Positions 1 through 9,880 of a stretch of DNA of 20,000 nt are shown here, one piece after another. Numbering within the stretch: position 1 is the first letter of the stretch; each line of letters starts with the position of its first letter. The notes beneath the pieces were generated by a model that did not search any database, was not told the origin of the DNA, and was given only the letters and a program-made list of their open reading frames with translations. The translations under genes and the position numbers were made by a program. The stretch spans positions 805,159 through 825,158 of the forward strand of contig BAAIJX010000004.1 of the NCBI GenBank assembly GCA_054600435.1, given 5' to 3'. This DNA comes from Neophaeotheca triangularis. Lineage: Eukaryota.

Positions 1-282
1 TTCAACGTCAAAGACTTTGGCGATTCCATCCCAGGCCACGGCGGTATGACGGATCGCATGGACTGCCAGTTCATCATGGGCTTTTTCGCTTTCATGTATT
101 ACCAGTCATTCATCGCTGTCTATAAAGCTAGCGTCGGCAGTGTCATGGAGACTGCAATTATGAGTTTGTCCGCCGAAGAGCAGATGGAGGTTGTCAAGGG
201 TTTAGCCAAACATTTGGTTAATCAGGGGCAGGTGGGCGAGGGGGTTTTGAGTTATTTGGGGGAGCAGATGGTTAGGAAGTAA
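1..282 (+). CDS. CDS1: Phosphatidate cytidylyltransferase (CDP-DAG synthase), 3' end; gene starts upstream of the window
   Basis: Frame 1 is open from base 1: FNVKDFGDSIPGHGGMTDRMDCQFIMGFF, containing the CTP_transf_1 signature KDFGxxIPGHGGxxDRxDC; stop TAA at 280-282. Confidence 0.92.
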   Translation, partial: FNVKDFGDSIPGHGGMTDRMDCQFIMGFFAFMYYQSFIAVYKASVGSVMETAIMSLSAEEQMEVVKGLAKHLVNQGQVGEGVLSYLGEQMVRK

Positions 283-1303
283 GGTGCTCGGATCTAGATG
301 GGAACGGGGTGGTGGAGGGCAGGAGCGTAGGGGCGGGCGGGTGGTTTCAACACGACCATATGTTGATGGGGATTGTAGATGAGGTGGGCTTTTTTCCTTT
401 CTTTCTTCGTAGCGGAATGGGCGCTTGGGTGGGTGGTGTCGGCCGGGCCACCCCGTAATTACTGTTCGATACCAAAAAAGGGCTCGGTCTGGATTGTGTG
501 GATAGCGAAGAGAAAAGTACCAACTCTTAAGCTCCTACCCATCTCTTGGTCCTCCCGGCACTTTCGCTCATTTCTCCTTTTATGCCGCAGATGCAGACGC
601 CACGTTTCACAAGGGAGGCCTGTGCTTTTTGTGCCACCCACTCATTCACAGCGACGTCATTGTCCATCCTCTTCGCTGCTTACGTAAACAGCCTGGAGGC
701 ACCCACCCACCACCTTCAGGTGAGCAAGCTACCTTACCTTAAACACACTGAGACAACCTTAAACCTACCCGACTACAGAACCTCACGTTGCATTTCTACC
801 TTGACCACCGTATCCGATTCCTCCACTTATTCCACCCATTCCGCAGCTCACTCGACTGCGCCACGCCACCACTTGGACTCGCGAGCAGCCCGCAGGACTA
901 TAGGCAGCCTTGTCTCCGCCGTCCTTCCTTGTCGGCAGCAGCTTGATTGAGTCGGGAGCGGGAAGAGGATACCTTACCGGTCAAAGACAAAAGGAGCAAG
1001 TCACGGGACGCAAAGACGGACGGAAGCTTTTGATAAGCGGATCGCGCTGCGCAGACTGGGCTGACTGGCTCGGGCCCGTTTGCTGGGTCAAGGTTGTGAA
1101 GAGGAGGGCTTTGCTTCTCGTCACTTCTGCCTGCTCAATACTCTGGAGACTGTGGAAGCTGAAGTGTCTTCGTTGTCTCGACTCAGCAAGCGCTTGTCGT
1201 GGTTGAACTCATAGCTACGCTGAGCGCTAGACCTTGCAACTCTCACGCTTTTGACCTACCAACCAACCAACGACATCCAACTTGACGACGACCTACCACA
1301 AAC

Positions 1304-2881
1304 ATGGCCGACGACCGCCGCTCCCGCTCGCCCCATCGCAGCGATCCTCCCTCTCCTCCCTCTCCTCCCGCTTCAGTCCCTCCAAACCGACCAAACAACT
1401 GCGAGATCATGTACTGCCATGAATGCGAAAACGAATGGTACCGCCAAGACAGCGGCCTCACTTGCCCAGAGTGTCGTTCAGATTTCACCGAAGTCATTGA
1501 AGATGGCAACGATCCGCGGGATCCACCGGAAGAGGTGCCGGAACCGGGTTTAGCTTGGGAGGGGTTGAGAGGGCATAGGCCTTGGGGAGAGGAGGGTGGT
1601 GATGGTGATGGTGGTTTGCATTGGACACTCAATGGGCAGGGTGGGATGAGGGCGACTATTAGGAGGGATGTTACGCTTGGAGGAGATCAGCAGGGCCAGG
1701 GTCAGGGTCAGGGGTTTCTGGGTATGTTTACGCCTATGCTGCAGGGGTTGTTAGGGGCCGGGCAGCAGCAGGCTCAGCAGAGGACTCAGCAGCATCAGCA
1801 TGAGGAGGGACTGGATGAAGGAGAAGACGGACAGCAGCAAGGTAGAGGAGGCGGGAGTACAACACACAGACACTTCAGCGGCCCGGGCTTCACCATGTCG
1901 TACACAACCACTACCAGCGGCGGCATGACACGTGGAGGCATGATGGGCGGCGGTATGATGGGAGGTGGCGGCGAAATGAACAATCCCGGCCTCCAACCCC
2001 GCGATGCCAACAATCCACAACCTATGCAGGGCCAACCCGACGACTTGCAAAACATCCTCAACCAAATGTTCATGAACATTGGCGCTGGACCCGGCGCGGA
2101 CGGCCATCACCATCATCACCCTCACCACCAACATCCACCCTTTGCACACGGCGGTGGGGGGGGCGGCCCAGGCATGCCCTTCGGCAACCTCTTCCAGCTC
2201 CTCGGCCTCCCCGGCGGCGGCCCCCTCGGCGGCGGCCAAATGGGCGACGCCGTCTTCTCCCAAGAAGCCCTCGACCGCGTCATCTCGCAACTCATGGAAC
2301 AGCATCAATCCGGCAACGCGCCGGGTCCGGCCTCTCGCACCGCCATCGACGCCCTTCATACCAAAACCCTCACCCCATCCGACCTTGATCCCGCAACGGG
2401 CAAAGCCGATTGCAGCATTTGCATGGAGGACGTCGAAGTTGGCGGCGAGGTCACCGTTCTGCCTTGCAAACATTGGTTCCATCGCGAGTGTGTCGCTGCT
2501 TGGCTGGGTGAGCATGATACTTGTCCACAGTGTCGGAGGGGGATTATGGCGAAGACTGGTGAGGATGGGGAGGGCAGGGTCAGGGGTGAGGGTGAGGAGC
2601 CCAGGGTTGATATGAGTAATCCGCCTCCCTCTACTGCTGGTGCTGCGGGTGGGGCGGCGCAGGGTGGCATGGGCCAGGCTTCGCGCCAGGGTATGCCTGG
2701 TGGTATCCCCAATGAGGGATTTCCAGGACAGGGATACGGTCAGGCTACTGGCGATGCCGGCGCTGGAGGTGTTTTCGGCCGTATGAGGCAGGCTTTTGGC
2801 AATGGCGGTGGTAGTGGTGGTGCGGCTGGAGGAGCTTCAGGTGGTTCGCAGCAGCCGCCACCGCCGGCTTCGGGACAGTAG
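1304..2881 (+). CDS. RING-H2 E3 ubiquitin ligase, RNF126/RNF115-like
   Basis: N-terminal zinc ribbon YCHEC...TCPECRSDFTE; conserved 'GDAVFSQEALDRVISQLMEQ...APGPAS..AI..L' segment; RING-H2 CSICMED...LPCKHWFHRECVAAWLGEHDTCPQCR; Gly/Gln-rich linkers. Confidence 0.9.
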   Translation: MADDRRSRSPHRSDPPSPPSPPASVPPNRPNNCEIMYCHECENEWYRQDSGLTCPECRSDFTEVIEDGNDPRDPPEEVPEPGLAWEGLRGHRPWGEEGGDGDGGLHWTLNGQGGMRATIRRDVTLGGDQQGQGQGQGFLGMFTPMLQGLLGAGQQQAQQRTQQHQHEEGLDEGEDGQQQGRGGGSTTHRHFSGPGFTMSYTTTTSGGMTRGGMMGGGMMGGGGEMNNPGLQPRDANNPQPMQGQPDDLQNILNQMFMNIGAGPGADGHHHHHPHHQHPPFAHGGGGGGPGMPFGNLFQLLGLPGGGPLGGGQMGDAVFSQEALDRVISQLMEQHQSGNAPGPASRTAIDALHTKTLTPSDLDPATGKADCSICMEDVEVGGEVTVLPCKHWFHRECVAAWLGEHDTCPQCRRGIMAKTGEDGEGRVRGEGEEPRVDMSNPPPSTAGAAGGAAQGGMGQASRQGMPGGIPNEGFPGQGYGQATGDAGAGGVFGRMRQAFGNGGGSGGAAGGASGGSQQPPPPASGQ

Positions 2882-3622
2882 CACGGTCTTTCATTCGACG
2901 ATCTGGGGCAGGTTGACGCTCGTGGTAGGGCGAGTGGAAATGGCAGTGGTAGCGGGTGCTCTGATAGGTTGTCTGACGATTCGCACTGGCCGTGAGGGGG
3001 GCCATCGGCAGGCATAATCCAAGCACAAGCGTGCATGACGGGGTACGGCTCTCTCTTTGCCCAGGCATTGAGGCTGGCACAGTTCCCTTGAAGATTTGCA
3101 TGGCGAAGGCGTTTTTGGTTTTGGTTTTGAAGCTGGGATATGGACTTTGAAGCGATGGGTTTTTCCCAAGGGAATTGGGTGCTTGCGCATCAACATGGCC
3201 CTGCCTCTTTTATACCCTATGCGCGATTATGATGGTGATGGTGATGGGTCGTGGGTGGGTGGACCGTGGAGCTGGGTAATCTCTTCTCGTAGGATGAATG
3301 CAGCCGGGTTCTTGACAGAATCGTCCGTTTCTTGTTAAATGAGGTGCGAGTGCGATAGGTGGCGGTGCAGCATTGGTCCTGTCGGGTGATTGGGCTTACG
3401 CTTGTTGCTTTGAGATTGTTGTATAGATTGATCTTGACTGGATTCTCTGATTCAAGTACTCTCGTAGTTTGCCTCGATAGGTTTATCGATTGGGCAGACG
3501 ATTTGCATGGAGATCCCGTGACTCGTGAGATTTTGCGTCTGCGAAAGCCTTACTTGGACCTGTCGGCGCCACTACCTATCTAACCCCATCCCATTTCGTT
3601 CCCTCAAAACAGAACCCTTTCC

Positions 3623-5254
3623 TCATTTTCCCTTCTCAAAAACACACTCCCCCTCAAACCACGTCCCAGTAACCCTCGCTTGCTCAAACTCTCCCTTGAC
3701 CAAATCGCCTCCCTCCACCCTTACAAAATTCGCAACCTTCCCAACCTCCAAACTTCCTAACTCACCCTCCCTCCCCACAGCCTCCGCCCCCGCCATTGTC
3801 AGCAACCTCACCACAATCTCACCCCCAGCTCCCCTGTCCCCATGCCCTAGAGTCTCAACCACAGCCTGCAAACACGGCAACAAGTCCGGCGCATCTCCCG
3901 CCCCCCAATCGCTGCCTAGACTCATAGCCGCGCCCGCCTGCTGCATGCTGCCGAAATCCCAATCCATCAATCCCCCACTCGCAGCCGTCACGGGGTGCGC
4001 GAAGAAGAAAGCCGGCGACATTTCCGCCGTCACCCGCAGTTCGCGGAACTGGGCGTAGTCTTCGGCGTGCACGCCGCTGCAGTGGGCGATTTCGTGCCGC
4101 GGCCCCGATGGGTTGGACGCGCGCACCGAGCGCAGCGTTTGCAGTGCGAACCGCGTGGCGCCTTGGCCGGTGCAGTGGATTTTGACCGTGCGGACGTGGG
4201 AGTCGTGGTGCAGCAGGGCGGGAAGCAGGTCCGCGGCCGGCATAAGGAGTTTGCTGTCGTCGACGCAGGTGCCGTGGTCGTTGGTGGCATTCTCTTCGAG
4301 CAGGGGTGCGTGTGTGCTGTAAGGGGGCAGGGGTACGCCGTCGAGGATGATTTTTACAAACCGCGTGTCCACGTGCTGTGACTGGTAGGTGGAGGTAGCG
4401 GTTTCAATGAGTGAGTGTAGGCTTGAGGCGGACTCGTCCCCGATCCACTCCGGGGCATGCACGATGTGTGGGAACATGTGCAGTTTGAGTTGGTTTTGCT
4501 TCTCGAGCGCCCGGAGGCCTTGGAGCATGGGTGTGTTGGCTGAGGCTTCTTGGCAGGATGTCACGCCGGCTGCGTGGAGCTTCTTCTGTGCGGCCAGCAG
4601 TACTCGTTGGATGTGAGGGAGGCCGGGTTGTGGGATGGCGAGCATTGCTTTGGTAAGGCTGTTTTCGGCCATTTCTCCCGTGAGATGGCCGTTGGAGTCT
4701 CGAAAGTAGCGTGTCCCTTGCCCGTCTGGTTCGTCTTCGATGGAGTAGCCTGCTCGCTCTAGGGCAGCCGTGTTCATGAAGGCACTGTGCGCCGCGCCGC
4801 CGCGTATCAAGACGGGCGTATCGGGGTAGTCAACATCCAGGGCTTTGCGGTCGAAGTTGTCGATGAGAAAGTTGTGGGCAATGAGCCAGTCCTCGTGGAT
4901 GTTGGCGAACTTACACCCGCAGCTGCCTTTACGGAGCTCATCTGCGACATTATCGTTGGTGAGACCGTGTCCGGGTAGCTTGATGTGCGAGGTCATGGAT
5001 ATGCCTGACGCGAGCATGTGCACGTGGGCGTCGTGAATGCCCGGCATGATGAAGTGCCCTCCCAGGTCTGAAACAATGAGGCTTTCATCTTTGGCTTTTT
5101 TCCTCATTTCCTCGTTGCTCCCGATTGCGGTGAAGATGCCTTTTGCGGACACAGCGAATGCTTCGGCCCATGGTTGTCTTGGGTTGACGGTGTAGATTCG
5201 TCCGTTGATGTAGGCTGTGCCGTTCTCGCCCGGTCTCGGTCTGGTGGAAGCCAT
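3623..5254 (-). CDS. Metal-dependent amidohydrolase, Amidohydro_3 / YtcJ-like
   Basis: Uninterrupted 543-aa ORF with NGRIYTVN..QPWAEAFAV, PGIHDAHVH (HxH), H.AFMNTAAL, KIILDG, KIHCTG, RHEIAHC, GSDW and GSLEVGKVANFV. Substrate unknown. Confidence 0.88.
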   Translation of the reverse strand: MASTRPRPGENGTAYINGRIYTVNPRQPWAEAFAVSAKGIFTAIGSNEEMRKKAKDESLIVSDLGGHFIMPGIHDAHVHMLASGISMTSHIKLPGHGLTNDNVADELRKGSCGCKFANIHEDWLIAHNFLIDNFDRKALDVDYPDTPVLIRGGAAHSAFMNTAALERAGYSIEDEPDGQGTRYFRDSNGHLTGEMAENSLTKAMLAIPQPGLPHIQRVLLAAQKKLHAAGVTSCQEASANTPMLQGLRALEKQNQLKLHMFPHIVHAPEWIGDESASSLHSLIETATSTYQSQHVDTRFVKIILDGVPLPPYSTHAPLLEENATNDHGTCVDDSKLLMPAADLLPALLHHDSHVRTVKIHCTGQGATRFALQTLRSVRASNPSGPRHEIAHCSGVHAEDYAQFRELRVTAEMSPAFFFAHPVTAASGGLMDWDFGSMQQAGAAMSLGSDWGAGDAPDLLPCLQAVVETLGHGDRGAGGEIVVRLLTMAGAEAVGREGELGSLEVGKVANFVRVEGGDLVKGEFEQARVTGTWFEGECVFEKGK

Positions 5255-5957
5255 GTTGAGTCGGTGGTTCTATCAATTATGCCGAGGCGAGATTGACACC
5301 TTGCTGGAGTGTAACGAAGGCGTTTGGGAGGTTGTCGTTAATCGTCGTCTGTCTAGACTTGATCTACCGAGGAGAGATACCGTGGCCTCTGGCGTGCGGA
5401 GTAGTTATCTAGCCACATACTGTAAATCTGGGCATTCTATCAAGACCCATCTGCCGAGCATCTTCATCGGTGGAGAGCGTCGCGTGCATCGAGGCTTTAG
5501 AAAAAAGGATGAAAGGAGGGTAGTACAGCGCGGGTTGTGAATAGGAAGTACCTATTCGTAGTGAGGAAGCTACATAACCTACAAACTGTTGATGAGCGGG
5601 GAAACCGAACCCTTATAACGGTCCCTTAATTCACCCTTAGAACCCCATCTATCTTGACTATGATGATAGCTCGGTTTTGGCAATTGTATATTGGTATGCT
5701 TCAACTCTATGCAAACAGTGTAGGACTCTACACGAAGTGGAAGATCGACCAATACTATCACTTTTTCCTCTAGAAAGTTTAGTGAAGCCCACGCCCCCAG
5801 ATGTGATTCACTGATTCATTAGCCGCCCAGATGCAAAGCGAACGCTTCGTTTGCAGACTTGCTACATGGCTTCCTGCATGTGCTGCCCCGGAAGAAGCAT
5901 CGATGTCGAAAAGGCTACCCATCTCAACCAACCCTCAATCCTAACCCCCAATCGTCC

Positions 5958-7034
5958 CTAGCAGCACTTGGCAGTAGGGGGCTGCTGTGTACTCGGATCC
6001 GCATCTTTCCTACCCACAAAGGGGCCCCGGTGGACTGATGCGTCTCCTTTGACGGTGAAATGCGGTGCGTAGCGTGTAGCGTTTAAGATCTTCGCGGTAT
6101 TCCCCGATACCGGTATGGGCGTTCCTCGTTGGAAAACAGAGCGGTTGTCGAGAGTGAACGTATCTGCATAGCCTTCGATACCGCCGCCATAAGTAGCCGT
6201 CTGCCCGTAATCTTCCGCACTTTTTTCCAAGCTCAATTTGAAAGCTCGTACTGTGCAGGACTGAAAGGAAAATGCGCCAATCTTCCGCTCCATTTCCGCA
6301 TCGTTGAGACTGATGGGCGTGTTGGAGACAACCCTGTAGTCCATACAGCCGACTGAAGCCAGCATCGCGCCGAATGCCTCCCAGTTCCACGCTCCCGCAA
6401 GACATTCGCCTACCATGACCGGATCCTGAGAGTACTCGGCGGGAATCGGGCGATCGGAAAAGACATCGGAAAAGTAGAGCTCGCCGCCCGGTTTGAGCAC
6501 GCGGAAGATCTCGCCGATTGCCTGCGGTTTGTTGTCCGAAAGATTCAAGACGCAATTCGAGATGACCAGGTCCATGGAGTTATCCTCGATACCAACGCCA
6601 GCGAGATCTTCAATCCGACCAGTTTCGATATCGACATTGGCAACGCCGAATTTCTCTGCGTGCCAGCTCAGGTTTGCCTTTGCAATAGCGGCCTGTTCTT
6701 CGGTAGTGTCGACGCCGACGACCCTTCCCTCACGGCCGACAAGCTGAGACAGAACGAAACAGTCGCGCCCGCTTCCGCATCCAGCATCCAAGACTTTGAC
6801 GCCGTCGAGACATGGCGGAATGGGCGAGCCGCACCCGTAAAAGCGGTTCTTCACTTCCTCGCTCACGTTTTCCAGGGCGCGAGCTACCAGTTTGTCCGAG
6901 GGCTTGGCAGCTGTGCAGGCGGAAGTCCTCAGGTCGCTCGAGCACGACAATGTCTTGCCGTAGTATTCCTGCACCCCTCCGACGTGGTCAGCAGGGGAGT
7001 TGTTGTTACATGCCCCCATGGTGGTATGTAGCAT
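5958..7034 (-). CDS. arsM: Arsenite S-adenosylmethionine methyltransferase (ArsM/AS3MT family)
   Basis: VQEYYGKTL..S.DLRTSAC, RFYGCG, SAM motif VLDAGCGSGRDC, DLVISNCVLNL, FRVLKPGGELYFSDV, GECLAGA. All four canonical As-binding Cys positions are present, plus a C-terminal CC. Intronless; the start may be a nearby downstream ATG. Confidence 0.93.
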   Translation of the reverse strand: MLHTTMGACNNNSPADHVGGVQEYYGKTLSCSSDLRTSACTAAKPSDKLVARALENVSEEVKNRFYGCGSPIPPCLDGVKVLDAGCGSGRDCFVLSQLVGREGRVVGVDTTEEQAAIAKANLSWHAEKFGVANVDIETGRIEDLAGVGIEDNSMDLVISNCVLNLSDNKPQAIGEIFRVLKPGGELYFSDVFSDRPIPAEYSQDPVMVGECLAGAWNWEAFGAMLASVGCMDYRVVSNTPISLNDAEMERKIGAFSFQSCTVRAFKLSLEKSAEDYGQTATYGGGIEGYADTFTLDNRSVFQRGTPIPVSGNTAKILNATRYAPHFTVKGDASVHRGPFVGRKDADPSTQQPPTAKCC

Positions 7035-7477
7035 GAAAGTGTTTCAAGCAATGATATCTGGAAAGCACCGCAGCGACTTCAACCCGCCATCAAGTACTCC
7101 CTCCATTCTCCGGACAGCGGCTGGCTGGGCACCCCACGTCGCCACTCACTGCGCGACGAATTGCCGCGGTGTAGTGACATGCCCCAGCAAGCCCAGGCAA
7201 TAAAATAATACAACACAACGACAACAGCACCTCTGCAGTGACATGATACTGGAAGAACTCTAGCCGCTGTATGAGAGACCACATGGTGACTTGTCGGACG
7301 CCGGGAATTGTGTTAAGCAGCGTTGAATTGTGCTGGAAAGATCCGACCTCTCATTGACCAGCATCATTCATTAATCATCGTCACTTCTATTCGTGCCACT
7401 CCAGCTATCTCTTCTCTCCTAACATCTTCTCTCCTATGTCCTTGTGCTCTGGCTCGTCCAGGTAGCTCTGACTTCCC
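7035..7477. promoter_or_regulatory. Divergent (probably bidirectional) promoter region between arsM and arsS
   Basis: Head-to-head genes about 440 bp apart; AT-rich element AATAAAATAATAA near 7199-7211; pyrimidine-rich tract before the arsS ATG. Inferred from gene geometry. Confidence 0.55.
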
Positions 7478-8970
7478 ATGTCTCGATCCCGACTAAAGGC
7501 TGGCCTATCCGAAGTGCCCAACTTGAAGGGCTTCATGCGACAGAACCCTGAGCGCCTCGAGCGACAAGCTCGGGAGCGACGTCGTGTAGGGCATGAAATC
7601 GCATTCACAGAGGGCATGCTCAGTACTGACGGCTCGAATCAGATGTTCGACGACGCAAGTGCCGCCGTCCCTGCTTTCTCCCAGACCCTCCGCTCCCAAG
7701 GCCTTGGGCCGTTGAGGCGAGGTTTGTCTTGCTATGTCCGCCTGGATCTCACAGCGGCTGATCGATAATCCAGCTACCCCCACTGTCTTGCAAATCAACA
7801 TTGGCAAATTTTGCAACCTGAACTGTCGACACTGTCATGTTGAATCTGGCCCGACCAAGACGCGGGAAAACATGGACCTGAAGGTAGCCAAGCACCAACC
7901 AACCAGACGGACGACCGAGCGATTAACACTTCCCAGACTGTGCAGCGATGCATTGATTTGCTGAAGAGGAGGTTCGGATATAGATCAAACTGGCCGAGGT
8001 CATGCGCTAACTCTTGCGCAGTCCGACTGTCGACACTGTCGACATCACTGGCGGAGCGCCCGAGTTGAACCCTTTCTTTCGTACCTTGGTGACAGAGGTA
8101 TGCTTTATCTTCCTGTCGGTGTATTCTCTCGCGCTAATACTGGACACAGGCCAGGGCTATGGGCAAGAAAGTCATCGACCGATGTAATCTTGCAGTACTC
8201 TTCGAGAAAGGTCAGGAGGATTTGGCTGGCTTCCTCGCCAGTCAAGACGTCAGCGTGGTTGCCTCTTTGCCCTGCTATACCCCAGATAATACCGATAAAC
8301 AGCGTGGAAAACGTGTTTTTGACGACAGGTTGGTCCCTTTTTCCCAGCTTGCCTTCCCAACCTGCTTCACTAATTCTCGATGTTTTAGCATCACCGCGCT
8401 GAAGCTCCTAAACGACCAAGGCTTCGGTCGTCCTACAGCCCCAGGAACAGACTCCAAAAGAGCTCTCGACCTGGTGTACAACCCCATCAACGAATCTCTC
8501 CCTCCCCCGCAAGCTGCACTGGAGGCGCAATACCGGGACCGCTTGTGGGAAGACCACCAGATTACTTTCAACTCTCTCTTCGCCATCACAAACATGCCCA
8601 TCAAGCGGTTCGCCGACGACCTCTTCAACACCGGTCGATACACGGCGTACATGGAAACCCTTGCGCAAGCTTTCAACCCTGGCACCGTGGGAGGTCTCAT
8701 GTGCCGCCAGACTGTCAACGTAGCTTGGGATGGGAAAATATACGATTGCGATTTCAACGCTGCGCTGGAACTCAATACCGCTGGGAGCGAGCCTTCTAGC
8801 AAGCTCGATGTTTGGGCTCTGGGTTGGTATCATCTGCGGACTATATTGGACCCTGGCTAATGCATACAGAAAACCTTTCCGAGTTGGATGGCGGAGCGAT
8901 TCGAACGGATAAGCATTGTTATGGGTGCACGGCTGGTTAGGGATCAAGCTGCGGCGGCGTGTTGGTTTGA
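7478..8970 (+). CDS. arsS: Arsenosugar biosynthesis radical SAM protein (ArsS; rSAM + DUF3641, TIGR04167-like), 8 predicted exons, internal TAG at 8938-8940
   Basis: Hand-spliced exons 7478-7585, 7643-7721, 7774-7883, 7937-7971, 8022-8097, 8150-8328, 8389-8822, 8870-8970 total 1122 nt in frame. Introns are 47-60 nt GT..AG with branch-like motifs. Product has LQINIGKFCNLNCRHCHVESGP (CxxxCxxC), DITGGAPELNP, IDRCNL, VVASLPCY, QRG..VF..SI.AL..LN..G.G, LDLVYNP, LPPPQ..LE, FNSLFAITNMPIKRF, LMCR, WDG.IYDCDFN and HCYGCTAG*GSSCGG. The start codon and first intron (7586-7642) are less certain. Confidence 0.88.
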
Positions 8971-9130
8971 GTAATGCTCGCTTGTTCTGGCTTTGCCGTC
9001 ATTAAGCATGGTCGGCCCTCTGGGAATATATATTAGTCAAGTAACAGGATCACGAAATATGCATGTCAACGATCCAAACGGCGCTCGTACTCTTGTCACA
9101 GTGTGTCACCATCCACTCGTTTGTCACGTC

Positions 9131-9880
9131 CTACGCATTCTGCTCCGACATGACAGTGCTGAGGTAAGCCATGGTCCGAGGAAAAGGCGTTTGCTTGTCT
9201 TCGCGCGTTTTCCACAAGCCATCTAGATCTGCAGGCTCATCGACGTCCGGCAGCGCCTGAGCAACGTCACAAGTCAACCCGGCATCCATCAATCGCTGTA
9301 CCTGCATCTGACCCGTCTGGTCGCTCGACCACGAGATTTGCGAGAAGATGGCTTCTCCGCTGCAGTCTAGCGGAACAGTCAGCAAGACGTATCCGCCGTC
9401 GTACGCAGGAATCATGAAGGCGTTGCCATGGTGTGTTGATGGCCAATGCATGGCGGTCGAGAAGGTCCCGGGCGTCAGATCGAAGCAATCCATGCCGATG
9501 AAAGTGACACTGGGTCTCGAAACAGACACAACCCCCGCCGTAGACTGAGTAGGACTACGGTGAGAATTCTGGATGAAATCAAGGGCGCCGCTTAGACGAC
9601 CGCCGAGATCAGGAGTCTCGGATTGGCACTGCAGCTCCCATGAATCGTTGAGAGACTCGCTTTTGAGCAAGGCTTGGAGTTCCGGCCTAGCAGTCGCGGG
9701 CGTGTAGAACAGAATGCGGCGACAGGAGGGAAGCGTGCCCGTGAGGTGTAGGAGATCAGTCAGGGCTGCTTTTGCAAATGTGCATGCCCCGTCGGGGCCT
9801 AGACGGGGGTTGAGGCGAGTCTTGCTGCGACCTGGTGTTGGTGCCCTCGCTAGCAGGCCAAGATAGTTAGTGCAACTCAT
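9131..9880 (-). CDS. TIGR04282/DUF2064 family transferase (rSAM/selenodomain-associated transferase 1; arsenosugar-associated, CofC-like fold)
   Basis: ARAPTPGRSKTRL..LG..GA, Q...DLGGRL, FIGMDC..L, PAYDGGYVLL, IFSQISWSS and LPDVDEPADL match the recalled family consensus (KAPxPGxVKTRL, DLGERM, IGSDCP, GPAxDGGYYL, WST, DVDxxEDL). Intronless. Confidence 0.88.
   Translation of the reverse strand: MSCTNYLGLLARAPTPGRSKTRLNPRLGPDGACTFAKAALTDLLHLTGTLPSCRRILFYTPATARPELQALLKSESLNDSWELQCQSETPDLGGRLSGALDFIQNSHRSPTQSTAGVVSVSRPSVTFIGMDCFDLTPGTFSTAMHWPSTHHGNAFMIPAYDGGYVLLTVPLDCSGEAIFSQISWSSDQTGQMQVQRLMDAGLTCDVAQALPDVDEPADLDGLWKTREDKQTPFPRTMAYLSTVMSEQNA

Noticed and set aside
1..282. CDS1 as a cluster member supplying CDP-DAG for arsenosugar phospholipids
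   Set aside because: Essential housekeeping gene separated from the cluster by two genes; nothing beyond proximity supports a link.
379..1206. ORFs 379-687, 546-950 and 910-1206
   Set aside because: No recognisable motifs; likely promoter/5' UTR of the RING gene. A donor-like GTGAGC at 720 hints at a UTR intron, but no acceptor can be assigned.
1243..3196. Antisense and alternate-frame ORFs over the RING gene (e.g. 1751-2515 on the minus strand)
   Set aside because: Shadow ORFs of a GC-rich, low-complexity coding sequence.
5832..5855. Imperfect hairpin TGCAAAGCGAA-CGC-TTCGTTTGCA downstream of arsM
   Set aside because: A single short stem with a bulge and no U-tract or family resemblance; plausible by chance.
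7478..8860. ORFs 7478-7768, 7734-7964 and 8159-8860 as separate genes or a frameshifted pseudogene
   Set aside because: They join in frame through canonical introns into one arsS gene.
8938..8970. Selenocysteine recoding in arsS
   Set aside because: The internal stop is UAG, not UGA; the motif Cys codons are TGT/TGC; Dikarya are not known to have Sec machinery.
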